Below are positions 48,937 to 59,375 of a DNA stretch of 64,000 bases, piece by piece; the first letter of the stretch is position 1, and each line of letters opens with the position of its first letter. The stretch is taken from NCBI GenBank assembly GCA_040755995.1, contig JBFMAF010000023.1, forward strand, positions 192,001-256,000. The letters are read 5' to 3'. The DNA comes from Acidobacteriota bacterium. GTDB taxonomy: Bacteria > Acidobacteriota > CAIWXX01. The notes under the pieces are model-generated. The model saw nothing but the letters and a program-made list of their open reading frames with translations, was not told where the DNA came from and did not search any database. The translations under genes were made by a program, and so were the position numbers.

Positions 48937-49521
48937 TCACCCCTTCCGCAGTTCGACCAGGATCAGCTTGACCGTGGCCTTGAGCGTTTCGAAGACGCCC
49001 AGGCCCTGAGGGGCGACGGCCTCGATGACGGGCTCGCCCTTCTTCATCAGCTCCGCCGCCAACACCTGTGCAGGCGCAGCTGATGGCAGGTCGCGCTTGT
49101 TCAGTTGGAGCACGTACGGGATGGCCATTAGGTCGAAACCCTGGCTCTTGAGGTTGATGTCGAGGTTCTGGAGGCTTTCGATATTGGCCTCCCGGCGTTC
49201 CTCCTGCGAATCCGCCACGAAGATCACGCCGTCCACCCCCTTCAGGATGAGCCTGCGGCTCGCGTCGTAGAACACCTGTCCGGGGACGGTGTAGAGGTGG
49301 AAGCGAGTCTTGAAGCCGCGGACGGTGCCGAGGTCGAGGGGGAGGAAGTCGAAGAAGAGAGTGCGGTCGGTCTCGGTGGCGAGCGAGATAAGTCGTCCCT
49401 TGGCGTTGGGGTGGGTCTTGTCGTAGATGTACTGAAGGTTGGTGGTCTTGCCGCAGAGGCCGGGGCCGTAGTATACGATCTTGCAGTTGACTTCCCGTGC
49501 GGCGTAATTGATGAACGTCAT
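48937..49521 (-). CDS. mglA: Small Ras-like GTPase MglA
   Basis: [36 protein letters not shown]. Confidence 0.95.
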   Translation of the reverse strand: MTFINYAAREVNCKIVYYGPGLCGKTTNLQYIYDKTHPNAKGRLISLATETDRTLFFDFLPLDLGTVRGFKTRFHLYTVPGQVFYDASRRLILKGVDGVIFVADSQEERREANIESLQNLDINLKSQGFDLMAIPYVLQLNKRDLPSAAPAQVLAAELMKKGEPVIEAVAPQGLGVFETLKATVKLILVELRKG

Positions 49522-49539
49522 CGAAAGGTCGTGACGGGG

Positions 49540-50040
49540 TCAGGCCGAGAAGAGGTTGTCGATGTCCTCGTCGGTGATCTCCGAGAATGGCGATTCGAAC
49601 CCCGTCCCCAGCGCCTCCTTCTCTTTCTCTGCCTTGGCGAGAATCTGGTCGAACACATGGGTCAACTCCACGCTGGCCTTCTTTACGCGCAGGCGAACGA
49701 GACCCAGGCTGCTGCGGTCATCGAAGATGACCACGAGAATGATGCGCTGGGCCACGATGGTGATGTGGATGTTGTCCTTCTGGCCTTCGCCGTGGATGAC
49801 CAGAAACTCCTTCTCGCCAATCAGCTTCGCTAGCCCATCGGATGCGGCCACGTTGCCTGCCGTCAGTGAGGCCAATGAGGTCGTATCGAGGTTCTCGATG
49901 TCCCCGTGGGCGGCGATTGGTTGGCCATTCTTGTCCACGAGGAACACGATCTTCGCATTTGCATCGCTGCGCAGCCGAGCGATGATCTGCTTGAGAAGAT
50001 TGAACTCCTCCTCGTACACGACCATGTTTGGAGAGAGCAT
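49540..50040 (-). CDS. mglB: Roadblock/LC7 GAP MglB
   Basis: LVDKNGQ, TSLASLTAGNVAA, SLGLVRLRV, SEITDEDIDNLF. Confidence 0.95.
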   Translation of the reverse strand: MLSPNMVVYEEEFNLLKQIIARLRSDANAKIVFLVDKNGQPIAAHGDIENLDTTSLASLTAGNVAASDGLAKLIGEKEFLVIHGEGQKDNIHITIVAQRIILVVIFDDRSSLGLVRLRVKKASVELTHVFDQILAKAEKEKEALGTGFESPFSEITDEDIDNLFSA

Positions 50041-50204
50041 AAACCGAATTCACCTCGCCAGAGTAACGCACTCACCCGATAAGCGGGCTACTGAGACTGG
50101 AATTATATCGAAAGCCCACAGCCAAATCAAACCATTCCACGGGGTTGCCGCATGGTTGAGTCAGAACGGATGCCCGGGGCCTCTGCAGCTCCCCGGTGTC
50201 CGAC

Positions 50205-50312
50205 GCTGAGACGCGGGGAGGGAGAGACGCGGAGAGCCGGGTCAAGGCAGTCTCCGTCTCTCCGGTTCGCCGGTTCTCCGCTTCGCCGTTTCCCCGGTTC
50301 TCCGTGCCCCCG
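50205..50312. repeat. Degenerate octamer repeats in facing orientation (GAGACGCG / CCGGTTCY)
   Basis: GAGACGCGGG...GAGACGCGGAGA, then CCGGTTCG CCGGTTCT CCGCTTCG CCGTTTCC CCGGTTCT. Confidence 0.7.
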
Positions 50313-50358
50313 CGCCGGCTGCGATGTGCAGCCGTTTTGCGGAGTTCCGATGTCCACC

Positions 50359-50958
50359 TCAAAGCTCCCGTCGTGCCATGAGCGCCCGTGCGAGGGTGAC
50401 CTCGTCCGCGTATTCGAGATCGCCGCCCACCGGGATTCCCATTCCGATGCGGGTGACCTTGCAGCCTGAGGGTTTGATTAGCTTGAGGAGGTACAGGGCG
50501 GTGGCTTCGCCGTCTATGGTCGGGTTCGTGGCGATTATGACCTCGGTTACTCCACCGCTCCGAATCCGGTCCATCAGTCCGGCGACAGCGAGGTCCTCCG
50601 GGTTGACACCGTGGATAGGCGACAGGCTGCCCAGCAGCACGTGGTACAGGCCGCGAAACTCGCCGCTTTTCTCCACGGGCAGCACCGATGAGGGCTCTTC
50701 CACAACACAGATCACCGACCTGTTCCGTCCGGGATCGGCGCAGAAATGGCACAGGTCGCCGACCGCGAAGTAGTTGCACTGTCTGCAACGGTGGACCTGT
50801 CGCTTGGCGTCGAGAAACGCGGTCGACAGCGACTCGACCTGTTCCGGCTGCGTCTTCAGCACGTGGAAGACTATCCGCTGGGCGGACTTCGGGCCGATGC
50901 CCGGGAGCCTCTTCAGCTCGTCTACCAGCCGCTCTATGGGTTCCGGGAATACGCCCAT
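50359..50958 (-). CDS. recR: Recombination mediator RecR
   Basis: LPGIGPKSAQR, C4 zinc finger, ATNPTIDGEAT, GIPVGGDLEYAD. Confidence 0.96.
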   Translation of the reverse strand: MGVFPEPIERLVDELKRLPGIGPKSAQRIVFHVLKTQPEQVESLSTAFLDAKRQVHRCRQCNYFAVGDLCHFCADPGRNRSVICVVEEPSSVLPVEKSGEFRGLYHVLLGSLSPIHGVNPEDLAVAGLMDRIRSGGVTEVIIATNPTIDGEATALYLLKLIKPSGCKVTRIGMGIPVGGDLEYADEVTLARALMARREL

Positions 50959-51122
50959 GGGACTCAGTGATCTCCCTTGCCTGGCGGCGAAAGCTGCGGC
51001 CTGCCTCGGCGGAATCGGAGAAACGGGGAATCGGGGAAGCGGAGAGTGGGCCGGGGCCGCTTCGCGGCCTGTCGGTCTCTTCGCGTCACGACACCAGTCG
51101 GGCGCACAGCCTTGTTCTTGCC

Positions 51123-51428
51123 TCAGAAGCCGGGGAGGTTGAGTGCCGACGCGAAGCCGCTGAGCTGCTGGCGCGCCGATTCGTCCGCCTTGTTCATGGC
51201 GTCGTTGAGCGCCGCCTGGATCAGGTCCTGCAGCATCTCGCGCTCTTCGGGCTTGATCACATCGGGGTCGATCGTGACTGCGAGGACATGCTTGTGGCCG
51301 TCGATCGTGACCTTGACCATGCCGCCGCCGCTCGAGCCTTCAAACCGCTGCTCCGCCATCTGCTGCTGGATCTGCTCCTGCATCTTCTGAGCGGTCTTCA
51401 TCATCTGCTGCAAGTCTTTCAGTCCCAT
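51123..51428 (-). CDS. ybaB: YbaB/EbfC nucleoid-associated protein
   Basis: AQKMQ, GSSGGGMVKV, EMLQDLI; lies between dnaX and recR. Confidence 0.93.
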   Translation of the reverse strand: MGLKDLQQMMKTAQKMQEQIQQQMAEQRFEGSSGGGMVKVTIDGHKHVLAVTIDPDVIKPEEREMLQDLIQAALNDAMNKADESARQQLSGFASALNLPGF

Positions 51429-51485
51429 CGCGTTACTCCTTGTGCGCCACGGGATCGGCCTGTAGCAGAACCCCGCAGAGATTCA

Positions 51486-52640
51486 TCACCGCCCCTCCTT
51501 AGGTGCAGCCGCTTCGATCGCCTTCAGAGCCTCGCCGATGGGCAGGAGTTTGCGGAAGTGGCACATGTTCAGCAGTCCGGCCTCGATGAGGTATCGAGGG
51601 TTGTGGATGAACTTCAGGTTGGCGTCGATCTGCATGAGGAACTGGAGGTGGCGGAGGAGGTCGGCGTCCTGCGGGAAGAGCCCGGCGACGTCGCGGAGCC
51701 CCGCGATGTCCTCGCTGTAAACGTCGAGAATCTTGTCGGGGGCCCGAGCTACTTTCACGATCAGCACCTGGCGCAGGTAGTTTTCGAAGTCGTGCAGGAA
51801 ATTGATGAGATCGTAGCCGCTGTCTACGATCTGGGCGATCTCGTCGAGGATGGCGCCGCCGTTCTGCTCGGCCAGTGCCTGCGCGACGCGCCGGTGCACG
51901 TCCGCGGGCATGATGTTGAGGATGACATTGACCTCGTCGTCGCGGACGCTGTCGCCGCAGTAGGCGACGAGCTGATCCAGGAGCGAGATGCCGTCGCGCG
52001 AGCTGCCGGCGGCCAGGCGCGCGACCTGGTAGAGAGCGCGCTCGGTGATCGTGACCGACTCCTTCTCGCATATCGATTTCAGGTGGTCGACGAGTGTCGG
52101 AATGGCGAGCGGACGGAAGAAGAAGACCTGGCATCGCGACAGGATCGTCGCCGGGACCTTGCGGTACTCGGTGGTGGCGAAGATGAAGACGATCCAGGAG
52201 GGCGGCTCTTCGAGCGTCTTCAGCAGGGCGTTGAATGCCGCCTGCGTGACCATGTGCACTTCGTCTATGATCACGACCTTGTATCGATCGCGGAACGGCG
52301 TGTACCGAACGTCCTCGCGCAGCTCGCGGATCTGATCCACACCTCCGCTGCTCGCGCCGTCGATCTCCATTATGTCCACGGCGTTCCCGGCCAGCGCCTC
52401 CTTGCAGCTCGTGCACTCGTTGCACGGGGATGCGGTGGGGCCGCTGGCGCAGTTGAGTGCTTTGGCGAGCAGCCGCGCCGTGGTGGTCTTGCCGATGCCT
52501 CGCATTCCAGAGAAGAGATACGCGTGGTGGATCCGCCGCCGTTCGAGACTGTTGCGAAGTGTCGTGACGATCGGCTCCTGGCCCACCACCTCCTCGAAGG
52601 ACTGCGGGCGATGCTTGCGCGCGAGTGCCAGATAGCTCAT
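51486..52640 (-). CDS. dnaX: DNA polymerase III clamp loader gamma/tau (short form, 384 aa)
   Basis: LARKHRPQSF, GMRGIGKTT, PCNECTSC, IDEVHM, LLKTLEEPP, SRC. Confidence 0.95.
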   Translation of the reverse strand: MSYLALARKHRPQSFEEVVGQEPIVTTLRNSLERRRIHHAYLFSGMRGIGKTTTARLLAKALNCASGPTASPCNECTSCKEALAGNAVDIMEIDGASSGGVDQIRELREDVRYTPFRDRYKVVIIDEVHMVTQAAFNALLKTLEEPPSWIVFIFATTEYRKVPATILSRCQVFFFRPLAIPTLVDHLKSICEKESVTITERALYQVARLAAGSSRDGISLLDQLVAYCGDSVRDDEVNVILNIMPADVHRRVAQALAEQNGGAILDEIAQIVDSGYDLINFLHDFENYLRQVLIVKVARAPDKILDVYSEDIAGLRDVAGLFPQDADLLRHLQFLMQIDANLKFIHNPRYLIEAGLLNMCHFRKLLPIGEALKAIEAAAPKEGR

Positions 52641-52731
52641 GGGGCAGTTGGCGGTTGTCAGTTGCCAGTCGTCAGTGAGAGTCGCGTGATCATTGTCGCT
52701 GCCGTCCGCACGTTTTATTAGAAAAATGCCC

Positions 52732-52844
52732 GGCGGTGGCCCCCGGTTGACCGCGGCACATGAGGCGTTCTGCTTACCGTTGCTTCCTTCCGGACCTGGC
52801 GGGGTTCACAGTGCCTCATTGCACGGGACCGGAGTCCACCCTCC
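52732..52844 (-). ncRNA. ffs: Small signal recognition particle RNA (4.5S)
   Basis: Minus-strand GTGAACCCCGCCAGGTCCGGAAGGAAGCAACGGTAAGC helix-8 core within a long hairpin; upstream of dnaX. Confidence 0.93.
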
Positions 52845-52965
52845 GAGGCACTCTTACAATATCAAGAATCTCTCGCCAGTTCCAGTTGACCCCTGACCCC
52901 TGATGATTCAGCCAAAGGGATCTTGCACGGACAATCCTAGTCGCTCAGCACATGTGAGACGCGGC

Positions 52966-53031
52966 CTTGACAGAATCTTGATGCCACGCGGGTGTTATTT
53001 GACCCCGTCTTGATCTGTCGAGAGCTACATT
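52966..53031 (+). promoter_or_regulatory. Four YTTGAY half-sites (OmpR/KdpE-type tandem boxes) and a -10 element for the kdp operon
   Basis: CTTGAC-N5-CTTGAT at 52966-52982 and TTTGAC-N5-CTTGAT at 52998-53014; TACATT at 53026-53031. Confidence 0.55.
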
Positions 53032-53192
53032 TCTCTTTGACCGGGCGCCGCAGCCGAAGGTTCGGATGCGGTCGCCGGGAGGGAGATTGTGGAACTGCTT
53101 CACGTGGCCCACCGCGCCGGACCGTCGGGAGGAATGAGCCGCCAGCGGCGCTTCTGGTTCCGTGCGATGGCCACGTTTGTGAAGGAGGCAAG

Positions 53193-53507
53193 ATGGAAGT
53201 GATCGAGATCAGACCGAACCTGGTAGCCGACCCGGAAGGCCGGGGACTGAGTGACTTCTTCGCCGCCCAGCTCGTCTGCGAGCGTGCCACGGCCCGGCGT
53301 GTGTTCCTCGCACACATGACGGCGATCCTCGGCGTTCCTGTCTGGTTCTGCGCCACGATCTCGCAACTACGAACGCTGCGAGAGCCCGCGTTGATCCTGT
53401 TCGCGATAGTCGCTGCGGCTCTTGCCGTCTCGTTCGTCACAGAGATCCGCTGCCGTCTCGCGGTCAGCGAAGCTGAGAAACACGTCAGAGTCAACAGGGT
53501 CGGATGA
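53193..53507 (+). CDS. Hypothetical 2-TM protein leading the kdp operon
   Basis: AAGGAGG RBS and ATG; two hydrophobic segments. Confidence 0.65.
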   Translation: MEVIEIRPNLVADPEGRGLSDFFAAQLVCERATARRVFLAHMTAILGVPVWFCATISQLRTLREPALILFAIVAAALAVSFVTEIRCRLAVSEAEKHVRVNRVG

Positions 53508-53515
53508 GGCTGACC

Positions 53516-53599
53516 ATGGCTGACGTAGTCCTCTTGCTTCTGACGATCGCGTTTTTCGCAATGAGCTGGGCGTTTGCCCGCGCCTGCGGGCGACTTTAG
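53516..53599 (+). CDS. 27-aa hydrophobic peptide upstream of kdpF
   Basis: MADVVLLLLTIAFFAMSWAFARACGRL with GAGG RBS; below the ORF-track cutoff. Confidence 0.7.
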   Translation: MADVVLLLLTIAFFAMSWAFARACGRL

Positions 53600-53607
53600 G
53601 AGAACGT

Positions 53608-53697
53608 ATGCATGTCGAATACTGGCTCGGGGCGGCGCTTGCGCTGCTGCTCCTCGTGTACCTGGTCTATGCGCTCGTGCGCGCGGAAGAGTTCTAG
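53608..53697 (+). CDS. kdpF: K+-transporting ATPase subunit F
   Basis: MHVEYWLGAALALLLLVYLVYALVRAEEF (YL.YAL.R.E.F motif); AGGAG RBS; not in the ORF track. Confidence 0.9.
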   Translation: MHVEYWLGAALALLLLVYLVYALVRAEEF

Positions 53698-53736
53698 CCG
53701 CATGCTGACAACAGAAAGGCGATCCGGGAGCTCCTC

Positions 53737-55458
53737 ATGACAGTCATAGGGTGGTCGCAGATCCTCATCTACGCGCTGCTTGTGCTGCTTGTCACTAAGC
53801 CCGCCGGCGTATATCTCTATCGAGTCTTCGAGAGCGAGCGGCGTCCGTTGCCGAGCGTCTTCGGCCGTCTGGAGCGATTCGTGTGCCGCCTCTGCGGGGT
53901 CGACGATCACGCCGGGCAGACCTGGAAGGAGTACACGCTGGCGTTGCTCGCGTTCAGCGTGCTCGGCATCCTGGTCACCTACGCGATCGAGCGCTCGCAG
54001 CACGTGCTGCCGTTCAACCCGCAGCGATTCCCGCCGGTGGCTCCGGCGCTTGCCTGGAGTACCGCCGTGAGTTTCACCACCAACACCAACTGGCAGGCGT
54101 ACGCCGGCGAATCGACTATGAGCTATTTTGCGCAGATGGCCGGCCTGGCCTGGCACAACTTCACATCCGCCGCCGCCGGCATCGCTGTAGCCCTCGCGCT
54201 CGCGCGTGGGCTGACGCGCCAGTCGGGGCCGGCCGGACCCCAGACGATCGGCAACTTCTGGATCGACCTGATCCGGTCCGTTCTCTATGTGCTGCTCCCC
54301 GTGTCCATCGTCGTCGCGCTGGTCTTCGTCGGGATGGGGATGATCCAGAACCTCTCTCCCTATGTCGAGGTCGCGACGCTCGATGGCGGCAGCCAGGCGA
54401 TCGCGATGGGGCCGGTGGCGTCGCAGGAGGTCATCAAGGAGCTCGGCACCAACGGCGGCGGGTTCTTCAACGCCAACGCCGCGCATCCATTCGAGAATCC
54501 GACTCCGCTGACGAATCTGATCGAGCTGCTGCTCATTTTCGTTATCCCGGCGGGGCTCACATACACGTACGGCCGCATGGCGGGGGACGCCCGGCAGGGA
54601 TGGGGGATCTTCGCCGCGATGGCGGTGCTCTTCTTGGCCGGCATCACCGCCGCGTACTGGGCCGAGTCGCACGGCAACCCGGCCCTCGCGCGGCTCGGTG
54701 TTGAGGAGCCGATCGGAAACATGGAGGGCAAGGAGGTGCGCTTCGGCATCTCCGCCTCGACACTCTTCGCCACGGTGACCACGGACGCATCCTGCGGAGC
54801 GGTCAACTCCATGCACGACAGCTACACCCCGCTCGGCGGTCTCGTGCCGCTCGTCAACATCCAGCTCGGCGAGGTCATCTTCGGCGGAGTTGGCGCCGGA
54901 CTCTACGGGATGCTCGTCATGGTGCTGCTTTCGGTGTTCATTGCGGGGCTGATGGTCGGGCGCACTCCCGAGTACCTCGGCAAGAAGATCGAGGCGAAAG
55001 AGATGAAGCTCGCGATGCTCTACATCCTGGTGTTCCCGATCGCCATCCTTGTCTTGTCGGCATGGTCGGCGGTGGCGAGCTACGGGACGTCGTCGCTCAA
55101 CAACTCGGGGCCCCACGGGCTCTCCGAGATCCTCTACGCCTGTACGAGCGGCGCGGGCAACAACGGCTCCGCGTTCGCCGGTCTCAATGCGAATACCGCA
55201 TGGTGGAATATCTCCCTCGGCCTGGACATGCTCATCGGGCGGTTCTTGATGATGATTCCGGCATTGGCCATCGCAGGATCGATGGTCGGGAAGAAAGTCG
55301 TACCGGCAGGCCCGGGCACATTCCCCACCACCGGTCCGCTCTTCACGTTCGTGCTCGTATCGGTAGTGATCGTTGTGGGAGCCCTGACGTTCTTTCCAGC
55401 GCTCAGCCTCGGGCCCGTGGTGGAACACTTTCTTGGGGCAGCAGGGAGGACATTCTGA
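53737..55458 (+). CDS. kdpA: K+-transporting ATPase subunit A
   Basis: [40 protein letters not shown]. Confidence 0.97.
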   Translation: MTVIGWSQILIYALLVLLVTKPAGVYLYRVFESERRPLPSVFGRLERFVCRLCGVDDHAGQTWKEYTLALLAFSVLGILVTYAIERSQHVLPFNPQRFPPVAPALAWSTAVSFTTNTNWQAYAGESTMSYFAQMAGLAWHNFTSAAAGIAVALALARGLTRQSGPAGPQTIGNFWIDLIRSVLYVLLPVSIVVALVFVGMGMIQNLSPYVEVATLDGGSQAIAMGPVASQEVIKELGTNGGGFFNANAAHPFENPTPLTNLIELLLIFVIPAGLTYTYGRMAGDARQGWGIFAAMAVLFLAGITAAYWAESHGNPALARLGVEEPIGNMEGKEVRFGISASTLFATVTTDASCGAVNSMHDSYTPLGGLVPLVNIQLGEVIFGGVGAGLYGMLVMVLLSVFIAGLMVGRTPEYLGKKIEAKEMKLAMLYILVFPIAILVLSAWSAVASYGTSSLNNSGPHGLSEILYACTSGAGNNGSAFAGLNANTAWWNISLGLDMLIGRFLMMIPALAIAGSMVGKKVVPAGPGTFPTTGPLFTFVLVSVVIVVGALTFFPALSLGPVVEHFLGAAGRTF

Positions 55459-57506
55459 TGCCGGCAATGAGAGCAAAGGCTGTGCCGCTCTTCGATTGGG
55501 AGATCCTCCGTAAGGCCGTCCCCGAGAGCTTCCGAAAGCTCGCGCCGCTGCACGTCGCAAAGAACCCCGTGATGTTCGTCGTCGAAGTGGGGAGTGTCCT
55601 GACCTCCGTGTTGTGGGTTCGCGATCTTGTCGCCGGCCACCCGAGCGCGCCACTGTGGTTCACGGGTCAGGTCGCGATATGGTTGTGGTTCACGGTGGTG
55701 TTCGCCAACTTCGCCGAAGCCGTCGCAGAAGGGCGCGGCAAGGCGCAGGCCGAGAGCCTCAGAAAGATGCGTACGGAATTGACGGCCGTGCGCCGAGTCG
55801 ACGGCAGAGAGGAGACCGTGCCGGCATCCAGGCTGGGCAAGGGGGACGTTGTCATCGTCGAGGCGGGGATGCTTATCCCGGGAGATGGAGAAGTGATCGA
55901 GGGCATTGCGTCGGTCGACGAATCTGCTATCACCGGCGAATCGGCTCCGGTGATCCGGGAGTCCGGCGGCGATCGATCGGCCGTGACGGGCGGCACGAAG
56001 GTGCTCTCGGATCGAATCGTCGTGCGCATCACCGCGAACCCCGGCGAATCGTTCCTGGATCGGATGATCGAGCTCGTCGAGGGAGCCTCACGCCAGAAGA
56101 CCCCGAACGAGATCGCGCTCCACATCCTGCTGGTCGGCCTGACGATCGTGTTCCTGATCGCCTGCGTGACGCTGGTGCCGCTGGCCCTGTACTCGGGCGT
56201 TGCGCTGTCAACGACCTCGGTGGTGGCGCTTCTCGTCTGCCTCATCCCGACTACCATCGGCGGCCTCCTCTCCGCGATCGGAATCGCCGGCATGGACCGG
56301 CTCTTGCGCAAGAACGTCATCGCGATGAGCGGCCGCGCGGTGGAGGCCGCGGGCGACGTGGACGTTCTCCTTCTCGACAAGACCGGCACCATCACGCTCG
56401 GAAACCGGATGGCAACCGGCTTCATCCCTCTGCCAGGCGTGACCGAGGTTGAGCTCGCCGACGCGGCTCAGCTGGCCAGCCTGGCGGACGAGACGCCCGA
56501 GGGCCGCTCGATCGTCGTCCTCGCCAAGGAGAAGTACCGCCTTCGAGGCCGCGACGTGCGGCAGATCGGTGCGAGCTTCGTTCCATTCTCGGCCCATACG
56601 CGGATGAGCGGCTGCGACCTGGACGGCCGGCGGATCCGGAAGGGCGCAGTCGACGCGATCCGCAAACACGTCGTGTCGCTCGGTGGGCGGGCCTCCGACG
56701 GCCTCGATGCCATCGCACAGGCTATCGGCGATTCAGGCGGCACACCGCTGGCGGTCTCCGACGGCGATCGCCTGCTCGGCGTGATCCACCTCAAGGACGT
56801 CGTGAAGGGCGGCATCAGGGAGCGGTTCGCTCGGTTCCGCGCCATGGGCATTCGGACAGTGATGATCACGGGCGACAACCCTCGAACCGCCGCCGCCATC
56901 GCGGCCGAAGCGGGAGTGGATGATTTCCTGGCCGAAGCGACGCCTGAGCGGAAGATGGTGCTCATCAAGGAGGAACAGGCCAAGGGCAAGCTGGTCGCGA
57001 TGACCGGAGACGGCACGAACGATGCTCCGGCTCTCGCCCAGGCCGACGTCGGCGTCGCCATGAATACGGGCACTCAGGCGGCCAAGGAGGCCGGTAACAT
57101 GATCGACCTCGACTCCAATCCCACGAAGCTCCTGGAGGTCGTGGAGGTCGGCAAGCAGCTCCTGATGACGCGCGGCAACCTGACCACCTTCTCGATCGCC
57201 AACGATGTGGCGAAGTATTTCGCCATTCTGCCGGCGATGTTCATGTCGGTGTTCCCGGAGATAACACCGCTCAACCTCATGCATCTCGCATCGCCGCAGA
57301 GCGCGATTCTCTCAGCCGTGATCTTCAACGCGCTCATCATCGTGTTGCTCATCCCGCTTGCGTTACGCGGCGTGCGCTACAGGCCGCTTGGGGCAGCAGC
57401 GCTCCTCCGGCGCTCGCTGTCCATCTACGGCCTCGGCGGGATTGTCGCCCCGTTTGTGGGCATCAAGGCCGTCGACATCGCTCTTCAAGCGATGCATGTC
57501 CTCTGA
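55458..57506 (+). CDS. kdpB: K+-transporting ATPase subunit B (P-type ATPase)
   Basis: [35 protein letters not shown]. Confidence 0.97.
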   Translation: MPAMRAKAVPLFDWEILRKAVPESFRKLAPLHVAKNPVMFVVEVGSVLTSVLWVRDLVAGHPSAPLWFTGQVAIWLWFTVVFANFAEAVAEGRGKAQAESLRKMRTELTAVRRVDGREETVPASRLGKGDVVIVEAGMLIPGDGEVIEGIASVDESAITGESAPVIRESGGDRSAVTGGTKVLSDRIVVRITANPGESFLDRMIELVEGASRQKTPNEIALHILLVGLTIVFLIACVTLVPLALYSGVALSTTSVVALLVCLIPTTIGGLLSAIGIAGMDRLLRKNVIAMSGRAVEAAGDVDVLLLDKTGTITLGNRMATGFIPLPGVTEVELADAAQLASLADETPEGRSIVVLAKEKYRLRGRDVRQIGASFVPFSAHTRMSGCDLDGRRIRKGAVDAIRKHVVSLGGRASDGLDAIAQAIGDSGGTPLAVSDGDRLLGVIHLKDVVKGGIRERFARFRAMGIRTVMITGDNPRTAAAIAAEAGVDDFLAEATPERKMVLIKEEQAKGKLVAMTGDGTNDAPALAQADVGVAMNTGTQAAKEAGNMIDLDSNPTKLLEVVEVGKQLLMTRGNLTTFSIANDVAKYFAILPAMFMSVFPEITPLNLMHLASPQSAILSAVIFNALIIVLLIPLALRGVRYRPLGAAALLRRSLSIYGLGGIVAPFVGIKAVDIALQAMHVL

Positions 57507-57514
57507 GGTTAACC

Positions 57515-58108
57515 ATGAAAGAGACACTTGTCATCGCTATGCGCACGACGCTGGTTACACTGCTGCTCACCGGCCTGGCCTATCCGCTTCTCGTCACCGG
57601 CCTTGCGCAACTGATCTTCCCGCACCAGGCGAACGGCAGCCTGGTTCGGGACGAGCGCGGGCGAATCGTGGGCTCCGAGCTGATTGGCCAGGCGTTCACA
57701 AGCCCGGCCTACTTGCAGCCCCGGCCGTCGGCAGCCGGTGCCGGCGGGTACGACGCCGCCGCATCCTCCGGCTCGAATCTCGGGCCGACCTCCGCCAGGT
57801 TGCGAGAGCGAGTAGCGGCGGAGGCGGAGCGTCTGCGCAGCGCTAATCCGGAGAAGCGTGAGATCCCCGCCGACCTCGTCACGACCTCGGCCAGCGGGCT
57901 CGATCCCCACATCTCACCCGAGGCGGCTCTCTGGCAGGTCCCGCGCATCGCCGCGGCGAGACGAGTCGCACCCGTTCGGGTGCGCGGTGTCGTCGAGGCG
58001 AATGTCGAGGGGCGCGAGCTTGGCATCCTGGGCGAGCCCAGAGTGAACGTGCTACTCGTGAACCTGGCCCTCGACCGGCAGTTCGGCCGCCCGGGGAGCC
58101 TGCCTTGA
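57515..58108 (+). CDS. kdpC: K+-transporting ATPase subunit C
   Basis: [40 protein letters not shown]. Confidence 0.96.
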   Translation: MKETLVIAMRTTLVTLLLTGLAYPLLVTGLAQLIFPHQANGSLVRDERGRIVGSELIGQAFTSPAYLQPRPSAAGAGGYDAAASSGSNLGPTSARLRERVAAEAERLRSANPEKREIPADLVTTSASGLDPHISPEAALWQVPRIAAARRVAPVRVRGVVEANVEGRELGILGEPRVNVLLVNLALDRQFGRPGSLP

Positions 58109-58226
58109 GAGGCATGAGAGGTTGCCGCTCGGCCAAGTGAGCCTGACACCGCGAAGTGAATCGATTTCACGAGTCCCAGTTGTCACTGCAGATGACGGGG
58201 TGTCTCGATCGACCGAGCACGGGAGA

Positions 58227-59375
58227 ATGACGAAGGATCGCACGCGTGCGGAGGATTTCCTCGAGCTCCTCGAGCGCGCCAGGCGGGGACGCCTGAAGGT
58301 GTACCTCGGGTTCGCGGCGGGCGTCGGCAAGACCTACCGGATGCTGGAGGAGGCACATTCGCTGAAGAAGAGGGGTATGGATGTCGTGATCGGCCTGGTG
58401 GAGCCACACGGGCGGCCCGAGACGGCTGCCCTCATCGATGGGCTCGAAGTCGTCCCCCGCAAGCGCATCGAGTACCGGGGTGTAGTAGTAGAAGAGATGG
58501 ACCTCGACGCCGTCCTCGCCCGGCGCCCCCAGATCGCCATCGTCGATGAGCTGGCGCACACGAATGCGCCGGGGTCCAGAAACCGCAGGCGATACCAGGA
58601 CGTGCTGGAGATCTGCGAGGCAGGCTTCAACGTCATCTGCGCGTTCAACGTACAGCACCTCGAATCTCTGAAAGATCTCGTGGAGCGCGAGACCGGCGTC
58701 GTGGTGCGAGAGACGGTTCCGGACACGTTCTTGAGGCAGGCCGACCAGGTGGTGACATTGGATCTCAGCGTCGAGGACCTCGTCGAACGCCTTCATGGCG
58801 GGAAGATCTATACACAAGACAAGGTGGCGTGGGCGCTCCAGCACTTCTTCAAAGACCGCAACTTGAAGACGCTGCGCGAGCTCGTCCTGCGGGAGGTTGC
58901 GGAGAGCGTCGAGCGATCCGGCAGTCCGCCCGAGGGTTCGGCGCAGGCCGGCCCGACGCCCGTCGCCTGGAAGATCATGGTGTGCATGTCGTCCTATTCG
59001 CCGCGGGCCACGGCGCTTCTCCGTCGTGGCTCCCGCATGGCCGGGCGGCTTTCGACCGATTGGTACGTCGTCTATGTCGAGACGCCACAGGAAGCCCCCA
59101 ACCAAATCGATGCGGCAATCCAGCGGCATCTTCACGAGAACATCCAGATCGCCCGCGAGCTGGGCGCGGAGGTGGCGCATATCAAGGGGCGTGAGCCGGT
59201 TCGTGCCATCCTGGACTTTGCGAATTCCCACGGGGTGGGCCATCTCATCGTCGGGCGGTCGCACCAGCCGTGGTGGAAGCGGTTCCTCGGAATCGACTTC
59301 GTCCAACGGATCGTGCGGGAGGCGACGGATGTCGACGTGCAGGTTGTGGCGTTCGAGGAGCCTGAACGGCCATGA
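58227..59375 (+). CDS. kdpD: Soluble N-terminal half of a split KdpD (KdpD and Usp domains)
   Basis: GRLKVYLGFAAGVGKT, VDELAHTN, NVQHLESL, then a Usp domain; no TM or kinase region. Confidence 0.9.
   Translation: MTKDRTRAEDFLELLERARRGRLKVYLGFAAGVGKTYRMLEEAHSLKKRGMDVVIGLVEPHGRPETAALIDGLEVVPRKRIEYRGVVVEEMDLDAVLARRPQIAIVDELAHTNAPGSRNRRRYQDVLEICEAGFNVICAFNVQHLESLKDLVERETGVVVRETVPDTFLRQADQVVTLDLSVEDLVERLHGGKIYTQDKVAWALQHFFKDRNLKTLRELVLREVAESVERSGSPPEGSAQAGPTPVAWKIMVCMSSYSPRATALLRRGSRMAGRLSTDWYVVYVETPQEAPNQIDAAIQRHLHENIQIARELGAEVAHIKGREPVRAILDFANSHGVGHLIVGRSHQPWWKRFLGIDFVQRIVREATDVDVQVVAFEEPERP

Noticed and set aside
51429..51490. Programmed frameshift extending dnaX to tau
   Set aside because: No slippery A-run, and under 60 bp remain before ybaB.
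53041..53190. ydaO (c-di-AMP) riboswitch ahead of kdp
   Set aside because: The conserved ydaO sequence blocks were not recognisable; kept only as a generic structured leader.
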